Shown here: piece after piece, positions 57,167 through 64,000 of the stretch
Layout: every line of letters begins with the position of its first letter
Numbering within the stretch: the stretch's first letter is position 1
DNA from: an uncultured Actinomycetes bacterium
GTDB taxonomy: Bacteria > Actinomycetota > JAICYB01
NCBI GenBank assembly: GCA_963766295.1
Contig: CAVXYW010000001.1
Coordinates: 666,815-730,814 of the forward strand
DNA length: 64,000 nt
Reading direction: 5' to 3'
Made by a program: the position numbers and the translations under genes
The notes under the pieces: model-generated
Told to the model about the DNA's origin: nothing
Database searches by the model: none
Seen by the model: only the letters and a program-made list of their open reading frames with translations

Positions 57167-57637
57167 TCAACCGGTGCGGCCCCCACACGCCTGCTTGTAC
57201 GCGGCCTCGAAGATCATCACCCACGCTTGCTTATAGCCGCCCTGGACCATCTCGGCCACATCACCGAGGGCTTCCCAATTGCTCTGCGTGAGCTCGACGC
57301 GCGTCTTGTCGTCGCCGATCGGCGTGAAGCGGACCTCGACGGTGCTGAACCCAGGCTTTTCCTCGCTCGGGTGAGGGATATGGAAATCCAGATTCAAGTA
57401 GTTGAAGGGCGCATACGACTTGATCGTTCCCCACACGACTTCGTGCTCGTCCGAGGAAAGCTCGACGATCTTTCCTCCCTCTCTCGCGTCGACACGAAGC
57501 TCCTTAACGGACTCGCCGCGCATCAATGCGGTCGAGAACCTGTCCAAGGGCCACCAGCTGCCCATGTCGATGAAGACGTTGAAGGCTTTCTCTTGATTGC
57601 ACGGGACCTCGATCGTCTTGACCAGCGGCTCCATCAT
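57167..57637 (-). CDS. SRPBCC (AHSA1/START-like) domain protein
   Basis: 156 aa with the Aha1-like/SRPBCC pattern. Overlaps the ArsR gene by 4 nt. Confidence 0.55.
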   Translation of the reverse strand: MMEPLVKTIEVPCNQEKAFNVFIDMGSWWPLDRFSTALMRGESVKELRVDAREGGKIVELSSDEHEVVWGTIKSYAPFNYLNLDFHIPHPSEEKPGFSTVEVRFTPIGDDKTRVELTQSNWEALGDVAEMVQGGYKQAWVMIFEAAYKQACGGRTG

Positions 57638-57966
57638 TTCTTTCTCCTTTCGGGTGGTTCGTCTTTGATGCGTCGTTTGATCTCCGCGCCGTACGCGCCC
57701 AGAGCTTCCGACCAGACGGTGTCTAAGTACCGACGCAGTTCTTCCAAACCGTCTCGTCGCACCGAGTACAGGTTGCGGTTGCCCTGCGCTTCAACGATCA
57801 CGAGCTTCGCCGCTTTCAGCACCTTCAAGTGCTGCGACACCGCCGGCCTGCTTACTGGGAGATCGGCGGCGAGCTCGCCCGCCGTGCGCGGGACGGTGCG
57901 AAGCGACTCGAAGATGTGCAGCCGTGTCGGATCGGCCAGCGCTGTGAGAACACCTTGGTAAGCCAT
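57634..57966 (-). CDS. ArsR/SmtB family transcriptional regulator
   Basis: ALADPTRLHIFESL...AGELAADLPVSRPAVSQHLKVLKAAKLV winged HTH. Confidence 0.8.
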   Translation of the reverse strand: MAYQGVLTALADPTRLHIFESLRTVPRTAGELAADLPVSRPAVSQHLKVLKAAKLVIVEAQGNRNLYSVRRDGLEELRRYLDTVWSEALGAYGAEIKRRIKDEPPERRKK

Positions 57967-57991
57967 AACTTACGGTAAGTTACAGCTTACC
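57967..57991 (-). promoter_or_regulatory. overlapping inverted repeats immediately upstream of the arsR start (candidate operator)
   Basis: AACTTAC-G-GTAAGTT (15-bp perfect palindrome, 57967-57981) overlaps GGTAAG-TTACAG-CTTACC (57974-57991). They lie in the 47-bp gap between the dipZ-like stop and the arsR ATG. Confidence 0.4.
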
Positions 57992-58013
57992 GACGAACCT
58001 GTCAAGGGGCTGA

Positions 58014-59717
58014 TCAGCCGAACGTGAAGCTGTAAACCTCGACCCCGGACGGCACTTCGATCTCTATCAGCCCATCGGCGGCCTCGCCCTCGCGCAACGT
58101 GTAAAGGCGCTGTCCTGCCACCTCCACGCCTCGCGAAGTGCCCGACGGTCCACGGATGCTCAACTTCTTCGGCTCCCGTGAGCCCGCCACGATAAAGACG
58201 TCCCTCGCCGCGAAGTGCAGGACGATCCGGGCACCGCGCCCGGCGATCGACCGTTCGTCGTCGACCGTCCACTCCCCTTCAAACGCCCACTGATGCAGGC
58301 GCAGGTCGCGTTCGGCGGGCGCCTGGTAGACGGCGCGCTTTTCGGGCTCGAAACCCAGGGCGCCGCCCGTGCTTCCTTGGAAGTTCTCGGCGCGACCGAA
58401 ACCCAGATAGATCTCAGGCGTGCGCCGGTCGTACAGCTCGTAGTCGGCCGCGCGAGTCTTGCCTTCCGGCAGCGCGAGGAGATCTCGGATCCTTTGCTCG
58501 GTTTGCTCGTACAGCCCTTCCCCATAATGGACTGCGCGAAGGTGGCCGTCCTTGTCGATCAAGTACTTCGCCGGCCAATAGAGGTTGTGAAAGTTGCGCC
58601 AGGTCTTGTAGTCCGGATCGAGCGCGACCGGATAATCGATATCGAAGTCCTTCACTGCTCCCTCGACGTTGGACGGCACCTTCTCGAACGCGAACTCCGG
58701 AGTGTGCACGCCGACTATCTCGAGTCCGGCTTCGTGGTACTTCGCGTACCAGTCGCGCAGGTATGGAAGCGTGCGGATGCAGTTGATGCACGAGTACGTC
58801 CAGAAATCGACGAGGACGACCTTGCCGCGCAGACGCTCGAGGGTGAGCTTGCCGCTGTTGAACCAACCCGTGACTCCGCGAAAGTCGGGGGCCGGTCCGT
58901 AGTCCACGAGCTCGTCGTACTCCGGGTAGCCCGTGGCTTCGAGCTCCGAAGTGGGAACGTCGATCCGTTTCGAGTCGGTGTCGGCCACCTTCGCTTGCCT
59001 TCCTCGGCCGATGGCTCGCTCTTCGAGTGCCGCCGTCGGAGTGGAAGTGAGGTTTATCCGCTCGGCTATGAAGCGGTTGATCGAGTTGAGGCCACCGCTC
59101 GCGATCACGACGGCGGTGATGACGAGCAGCGTCCCCATCACGATCGATACACGCCTTCCGTCGCCGAGCTTCGAGCGCAGGAAGCGTGTGATCCGCTGGC
59201 CACCGAAGATCACGAGCGTGAGGGGGCCGAGCATGCCCAGTCCGTAAAATGCCATCGTCGCGACGGTACGAGCCGAGAACTGCGTAGAGGCCGCGGCCGC
59301 CGTGATCCCGGCGAGGATAGGACCGGCGCACGGAGCCCAAACGATGCCGAGTGGCGCTCCTGCGATGACGCCCGAGCCGAATGTTTGTCCTCCGCCGCCA
59401 GCGCGCACATTTCCGACCAGGGCCGAGGCGCGGCGCTGGAACGCGCGATCGAGCCACGGGAACAGAAGAACTGCTCCAAAACCTGCGATGAGCGCCGCCG
59501 CGACCCACTGAAGGGCGTTGTCGGTGAGGCCCGTCGCACTCAACAGCCCGGCAAGAACAAGACCAATTAGAAAGAAGGAAAGCTCGAGGCCGACGACGAT
59601 CCCAAGAACGCGCCGGCGACCACCTCCGGAAACCGCGAGGATGGCCGGGAGCAGAGGAAATACACACGGAGTCAGGACTGAAGCAGCACCGCCGACGAAA
59701 GCTATGACGTACAGCAT
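58014..59717 (-). CDS. dipZ: cytochrome c biogenesis protein DipZ-like (CcdA/DsbD TM domain fused to a TlpA-like thioredoxin domain)
   Basis: N-terminal CcdA domain (LTPCVFPLLP ... VWAPCAGP) and a central thioredoxin domain with WTYSCINCIRT (CxxC). 567 aa. Confidence 0.8.
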   Translation of the reverse strand: MLYVIAFVGGAASVLTPCVFPLLPAILAVSGGGRRRVLGIVVGLELSFFLIGLVLAGLLSATGLTDNALQWVAAALIAGFGAVLLFPWLDRAFQRRASALVGNVRAGGGGQTFGSGVIAGAPLGIVWAPCAGPILAGITAAAASTQFSARTVATMAFYGLGMLGPLTLVIFGGQRITRFLRSKLGDGRRVSIVMGTLLVITAVVIASGGLNSINRFIAERINLTSTPTAALEERAIGRGRQAKVADTDSKRIDVPTSELEATGYPEYDELVDYGPAPDFRGVTGWFNSGKLTLERLRGKVVLVDFWTYSCINCIRTLPYLRDWYAKYHEAGLEIVGVHTPEFAFEKVPSNVEGAVKDFDIDYPVALDPDYKTWRNFHNLYWPAKYLIDKDGHLRAVHYGEGLYEQTEQRIRDLLALPEGKTRAADYELYDRRTPEIYLGFGRAENFQGSTGGALGFEPEKRAVYQAPAERDLRLHQWAFEGEWTVDDERSIAGRGARIVLHFAARDVFIVAGSREPKKLSIRGPSGTSRGVEVAGQRLYTLREGEAADGLIEIEVPSGVEVYSFTFG

Positions 59718-59802
59718 CGACTCGATCCTCGCAGGACTACCCTTGCCGACCTATTAACGTTGCCTTTGTGATCGTCGCCCCACGCCTCGAGCGGGTCCGC
59801 TA

Positions 59803-60552
59803 ATGAATCCGGAAAAGGCCCTACAGATACTCGCCTCCGATCCCGCGAAGACCGGTTTGTTCACCGACTTCGACGGAACGCTTTCGTCCATCGCGCCGGC
59901 TCCCGAAGATGCAGTGCCTGCGGACGGTGCCGGAGAGGCTCTCGAGTCGCTGGCCGACGGATTCGCGCTCGTTGCGATAGTCAGCGGCCGGTCACTGGAA
60001 GATCTGAAGACGAGGCTTCGCCCGCGCGGGGTGTTGCTGGCCGGCGCCTACGGACGAGAGCGATCCGACTCGCCAACAAGACGCGCTACTGAAGGATGGG
60101 AAACCGTCGGAGTGGCCGCATCGGCAACGGTTGCGAAGCTTCCGGGCGTCCGGCTGGAACGCAAGGGCGCCGGGGTCGCACTCCATTACCGGCAGGCGCC
60201 CGAAGCTGCAGATGAGGTCCGGAAGGCGGCCGAGGTTCTCGCACGCGAATTCGACCTTGAGATCCGGCCCGGACGTCGGGTTGTCGAGCTTGTGGTTCCC
60301 GGTCCGGGTAAGGGCGATGCGATGGTCGCGCTCGCCCGCGAAAAGGAATTGGAAACAGTTTTCGTAGCCGGCGACGACGCTGCGGATCTCGAAGCGTTCC
60401 TGATGATTCGCGCCCAACCAATGCGTAGTGTCATCGCGGCGGTTTCGTCCGACGAAGCACCAGAAGGTCTAACGGATCAAGCAGATCTGACTTTCGGTCG
60501 ACCCGACGAATTGGTGGCGTTCCTGGAAGAGCTCGCGCGGACTACCCAGTAA
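59803..60552 (+). CDS. HAD-IIB hydrolase, trehalose-phosphatase (OtsB)-like
   Basis: FTDFDGTLS is HAD motif I, and there are C-terminal GDDAAD and KG motifs. Confidence 0.6.
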   Translation: MNPEKALQILASDPAKTGLFTDFDGTLSSIAPAPEDAVPADGAGEALESLADGFALVAIVSGRSLEDLKTRLRPRGVLLAGAYGRERSDSPTRRATEGWETVGVAASATVAKLPGVRLERKGAGVALHYRQAPEAADEVRKAAEVLAREFDLEIRPGRRVVELVVPGPGKGDAMVALAREKELETVFVAGDDAADLEAFLMIRAQPMRSVIAAVSSDEAPEGLTDQADLTFGRPDELVAFLEELARTTQ

Positions 60553-60563
60553 CGTCGCGGGAG

Positions 60564-61319
60564 TTAAGTGACGGCGGGGCTGAGCTTCTTCTTCTCAGCC
60601 CGGTTCAGACCCCATAAGTGGAACGCGAAGTACAAGAGGAAGATCACCAGCGACCATATGGGCGGGATGAGGATGGATCCCTCGTCGAAGACCGCCACGA
60701 TCAGGAATGGGTCGCCGAGCTGCTCGCCTTCCTCGGGATCGTCGGCCACGCGTGGATCGGACGTGAGCGGAATGATCGTGGCCTGGCCGAGCAGCTTTCC
60801 GCCCTCTTCTGTGAACCTCAAGTTGGTCACCTCGTTGGTGACGGCGACTGCGGCCCCCTCGAGCACTGGGATGTCCTCGTCGGGAGGAAGCAGAGCTTGC
60901 GCGTCCGCGCAAGTCTCTGCCTCGATCTCGGGAAGGCCCTCGGGGTCGGCCGATAGGCAGTTCGAGATCGCCGAACCCAAAGCATCGCGTTGCTCGGTGT
61001 CGTCCTCGGTGGCGGCACGCCAGGGTCCGGCCGGGTATTGAGCCGGTGACGAAAGGCTTGCTCCCTCAAGCTGAACTTGCGAGATCGTTTCGCGAGCGGC
61101 TCCCACCGGATTCCAGATCGGCTCGGCGCCCCGAGGACCGACAGGGTTGATGAGCCAGAAGATCGACAGCATGACCATGAGTGCTCCGAAGCAAGCGCTC
61201 GAGAGCCAGTAACCGAACCGCCATCCGACGTTCAGTGCGATGACGAGATAAGTGGTGCCGTAGAACGAGATGACCGCGAGGATTACGGCTATCGCTCCGG
61301 CGGGTGAGTTGAGTTCCAT
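60564..61319 (-). CDS. membrane protein of unknown function (3 TM, acidic extracytoplasmic domain), co-transcribed with the cytochrome bc genes
   Basis: Start MELNSPAG. Its ATG overlaps the cytochrome c stop (TAATG). Hydrophobic helices lie at both ends around an Asp/Glu-rich domain. Confidence 0.45.
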   Translation of the reverse strand: MELNSPAGAIAVILAVISFYGTTYLVIALNVGWRFGYWLSSACFGALMVMLSIFWLINPVGPRGAEPIWNPVGAARETISQVQLEGASLSSPAQYPAGPWRAATEDDTEQRDALGSAISNCLSADPEGLPEIEAETCADAQALLPPDEDIPVLEGAAVAVTNEVTNLRFTEEGGKLLGQATIIPLTSDPRVADDPEEGEQLGDPFLIVAVFDEGSILIPPIWSLVIFLLYFAFHLWGLNRAEKKKLSPAVT

Positions 61320-62338
61320 TAACCCGGCACCCTCTGTATCGATCGGAGGTAATTGACGACGGCATCGATCTGCTCGGGCCTGATCCGGTTCTGCCATGCC
61401 GGCATCGGCGTATTCTGCCGCCCGCGCATGATCGTGTTCCTCGAAGCCTCCTCGCCGGCCTCCATGATCTGGTCGTCGGACAACGCGTCGATGGCGTTGG
61501 TTATCTCCTCATCGGTCGGCTCCGTGCGATCGGCGTGCTCGGCCAGCAAGCGGTTGCGGAGCTCGAGCTCGACCTCAACGCGTTTCACCTTTAGTCCTAA
61601 ACGATAGAACTCCGTCGTTAGGTCGGGCGCGAAGAATGTGGGCAGAGGTTGTCCCATGCCCTGACCCCCCGCATTGGGGCCGTGACAGACGGCGCATTTC
61701 TGCTCGAAGACCGCTCGTCCGTCACGGGCGTCCTCTTCGAGTTCCCAGTGTTCGCCGTCGGCAACCTGGAGCGTTGCAACGAAGTTCACGATGTCTTCGA
61801 TCTTTTGATCGTTGAGGGGTCCGCCGAACTCGATGCCCCAGGACGGCATGGGCGTACCCGGCCGGCCCATCGTTACGATGCGCGTGATCTCTTCCATCGT
61901 GTAACGCGCGAAGATGTTGTTCAGCGGCGGCGCAGGCCAGGCGGGATCGGTTGCGGCGAAACCGCCCTCGCCGCCCGGACCGTGACATTGCGCGCAGTTG
62001 GCTCCTGCCTGGCCCTCGGCAGTGTTCGGCTTGAATTCGATCTCCCCGCGCTCCTCCGACGCGTGGAGGAACTTCTTCGTGTAAGCCACTTCGCGAAAGG
62101 GTTCTACGACGAAATAAACGACGAGGAAACCCGTGATGATGAACAGGCTCACGAACGTCCAGATCTGCGCTTTGACGAGTCTCGATCCCTCCAGCACCGA
62201 GTCCGGATCGCCGCGCGAGAAGTTCGTCGGGAGGCCCTCCTGAGCTGAACGCCGCGGCCGTCCGTAGAGCAATAACAGGACGACGAGGAGACCCAGCGTT
62301 GCCAGGACGACGACGACTGCTACCTGTTGCGGCCTCAT
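61319..62338 (-). CDS. qcrC: dihaem cytochrome c subunit of menaquinol-cytochrome c reductase (QcrC-like)
   Basis: Two CxxCH haem-binding motifs (CAQCH, CAVCH) and an N-terminal TM anchor. Confidence 0.75.
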   Translation of the reverse strand: MRPQQVAVVVVLATLGLLVVLLLLYGRPRRSAQEGLPTNFSRGDPDSVLEGSRLVKAQIWTFVSLFIITGFLVVYFVVEPFREVAYTKKFLHASEERGEIEFKPNTAEGQAGANCAQCHGPGGEGGFAATDPAWPAPPLNNIFARYTMEEITRIVTMGRPGTPMPSWGIEFGGPLNDQKIEDIVNFVATLQVADGEHWELEEDARDGRAVFEQKCAVCHGPNAGGQGMGQPLPTFFAPDLTTEFYRLGLKVKRVEVELELRNRLLAEHADRTEPTDEEITNAIDALSDDQIMEAGEEASRNTIMRGRQNTPMPAWQNRIRPEQIDAVVNYLRSIQRVPG

Positions 62339-62374
62339 GTAGAGCTGACCCTATCCACGGGGCGCATCTATCGG

Positions 62375-63151
62375 CTAGTGTTCCGCGCCCTCGGCAGACG
62401 CGATGCAGTGCGGTCCGGCCGGTGGCTGATTGACCGTGTCGGTTCCCAGCGCCGGCTGCGCAAGCGACTCGGACGTGTCGACGATGACCTGTCCGTCCGT
62501 GATCTCGAACTTGAAACGCCATAATCCGGCCGGTGCAGGCGAGCCGGGCATCCGTTCGCCGGCCTTGTTGTACTTCGAGCCGTGGCACGGGCACTCGAAC
62601 CATTCCGAGGTCGAGCAGTATGGAACTCGGCATCCCAGGTGCGCGCACTTCTGATAGAGGGTCATGATCCCCTCCTTGGCGACGCCCGCTTCGACGTACA
62701 TGTTGGCTTTGTCGGCTGAGTGGGGGTAGGGAACGATATAGAAGCGGCCTTCGGGGTTGTAGTAGCGACCGTCCAGCTCGATCGTCTTCATGATGTCAGA
62801 GAGCTTTCCGGCGTTGATCTGACCGCCGAAGCCGGCCACTTTGTTCGGCCAGAGCATCGCCACTGAGGTTCCGCCGAAAGCCACACCGAAGACCGAGAAC
62901 GCGAGAAGTGATGCGCGGTTCAAGAAGATGCGGCGGTTCACTTGAACTTCGGGAGTGTCTGGAACAGGTGCGGCAACCGCGGGCGGAGGCGGACCGGGTT
63001 CCGATGGCTGACGGGAACGAACGACCAATCGTCCCGAAGGACCGGCCTTCGGTGTTGAAGCGGCTCGCCGGCGGACGGCGGTCATCGCCAGCAGCATGAA
63101 GCCGACGACGGCCAGAATCACCGCCAGCCCGACGACAACCCTTACGGCCAC
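62375..63151 (-). CDS. qcrA: Rieske [2Fe-2S] subunit of the cytochrome bc complex
   Basis: CAHLGCRVPYCSTSEWFECPCHGSKY (CxH...CxCH Rieske boxes) and an N-terminal TM. Confidence 0.85.
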   Translation of the reverse strand: MAVRVVVGLAVILAVVGFMLLAMTAVRRRAASTPKAGPSGRLVVRSRQPSEPGPPPPAVAAPVPDTPEVQVNRRIFLNRASLLAFSVFGVAFGGTSVAMLWPNKVAGFGGQINAGKLSDIMKTIELDGRYYNPEGRFYIVPYPHSADKANMYVEAGVAKEGIMTLYQKCAHLGCRVPYCSTSEWFECPCHGSKYNKAGERMPGSPAPAGLWRFKFEITDGQVIVDTSESLAQPALGTDTVNQPPAGPHCIASAEGAEH

Positions 63152-63161
63152 TGACTACCTC

Positions 63162-63734
63162 CTAGAACTCGAAGAAAAGTCCGTCGGCCCAGGGGAAGAC
63201 GAAGTTGAATCCGGGGCCGCGGAAGAACGAACCGATGATCACCAGAGTCGCCCAGTAAAAGATCATGAGAGTGAACAGGACGATCGCCAACTTGCGATCG
63301 CCTGGCTTCGAAGACGGGTTTCGGTCGACGAAGGGGAGCACCCACAGACCGACGATGTTCCACTGCAGGATCGTGATGCCGGCGACCTGCGGGTGGTAGT
63401 AGCGCAGGAGCTCCTGGAGGCCTAGGAAGTACCACGGCGCCTTCGATGGGTTCGGTGTGAGGTTAGGGTCGGCTAGCGTTCGGAAGGTCGCGTCGGCGAA
63501 TCCCATTCCTGAGATGACGAAGAGCAGCGCCGACATCAGCAGGAGCGAAACAAACTCGGCGACCAGCAAGTGCGGCCACACGTTGATCTTGTCGTCCGGG
63601 ACGCGCTCCATCCGCTGGATCGCTTCCTGGCGGACGACGGCGAGAAGGCGGTCCGCCGGTGGCTTGCCGCCTTGCGGCTTTACCGGGAGCTCTTCTTCTT
63701 TGGGGGCGCCCGGAGGCGCGTCTTGTTGCGTCAC
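63162..63734 (-). CDS. cytochrome b C-terminal module (b6f subunit IV / PetD-like)
   Basis: APWYFLGLQELL matches the subunit IV signature (PEWY region), and there are three TM segments. It follows the b6-like gene. Confidence 0.7.
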   Translation of the reverse strand: MTQQDAPPGAPKEEELPVKPQGGKPPADRLLAVVRQEAIQRMERVPDDKINVWPHLLVAEFVSLLLMSALLFVISGMGFADATFRTLADPNLTPNPSKAPWYFLGLQELLRYYHPQVAGITILQWNIVGLWVLPFVDRNPSSKPGDRKLAIVLFTLMIFYWATLVIIGSFFRGPGFNFVFPWADGLFFEF

Positions 63735-63743
63735 GCCAACCTC

Positions 63744-64000
63744 CTAGAGCGGTCCGGAGAAGCCGTCCTTCCGGACGCGCCAGAAGTGAACCGACATCAA
63801 GATCACGAGGACGAACGGCAACGCGAGTACATGGAGCACGTACCAACGCAACAGGGTCGTCCCGGTGATCTCGACACCGCCAAGCAACACGAACGAGAAG
63901 TTCTTTCGGATGACTGGGCTGAATGCGCCGATGTTGGTTCCCACCGTGACGGCCCACAGAGCGAGCTGATCCCAGGGCAGGAGGTAACCGGTGAACGAAA
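63744..64000 (-). CDS. cytochrome b6-like (N-terminal module of a split cytochrome b), 3' end only; the gene continues beyond the window
   Basis: The minus-strand frame is open to the window edge: ...[27 protein letters not shown]...[14 protein letters not shown] matches the cytochrome b6 C-terminus. Confidence 0.75.
   Translation of the reverse strand, partial: SFTGYLLPWDQLALWAVTVGTNIGAFSPVIRKNFSFVLLGGVEITGTTLLRWYVLHVLALPFVLVILMSVHFWRVRKDGFSGPL

Noticed and set aside
58215-59667. 451-aa plus-strand and 417-aa minus-strand ORFs overlapping dipZ
   Set aside because: These are GC-frame artefacts. The DipZ frame carries the CcdA and thioredoxin motifs.
1-64000. CRISPR array, transposases, IS elements or prophage genes
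   Set aside because: No short regularly spaced repeats and no transposase, integrase or phage-like ORFs were found on either strand.

Overview
This is a 64 kb, high-GC (about 65-67%) chromosomal segment whose gene content and synteny look like a deep-branching member of Actinomycetota. About 65 genes are tightly packed, many with ATGA or TGATG start/stop overlaps, and one tRNA-Thr(UGU) is present. The backbone is housekeeping and conserved in order with mycobacteria: folB-folK, a radical-SAM gene, DUF2520-panC-panD-nadC-coaX-lysS-clpC, and radA-carD-yacL-like-ispD-ispF-cysS-rlmB. The 3' end carries a menaquinol:cytochrome c reductase locus with a split cytochrome b (b6 plus subunit IV), a Rieske protein and a dihaem cytochrome c. 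The middle is lipid and envelope related (acyl-CoA dehydrogenase, a DUF35 plus SCP-x thiolase pair, hotdog thioesterases, enoyl-CoA hydratase, F420-type LLM oxidoreductase). It contains what I consider the most interesting system: a Dlt-like cluster (ACP, short adenylating enzyme, SDR reductase, CMAS-family methyltransferase, MBOAT, DltD-like SGNH-fold anchored protein) that may be an undescribed ACP-dependent envelope acylation pathway. A second unusual locus is an ABC importer with a fused LivH-LivM permease, a single 1052-aa polypeptide joining an MFS-like 12-TM domain to LivF-like and LivG-like ATPases with a very basic tail, a coupled lipoprotein, and two tandem paralogous membrane-anchored secreted proteins of about 610-620 aa that may be its binding proteins. 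There is a striking concentration of apparent single-base frameshifts in essential genes within the first 10.5 kb (panD, coaX, the lysS 3' end, and at least five in clpC). Most are +1 shifts, and I read them as more likely indel errors in the sequence than real gene decay. I saw no CRISPR array, transposase, integrase or phage genes.
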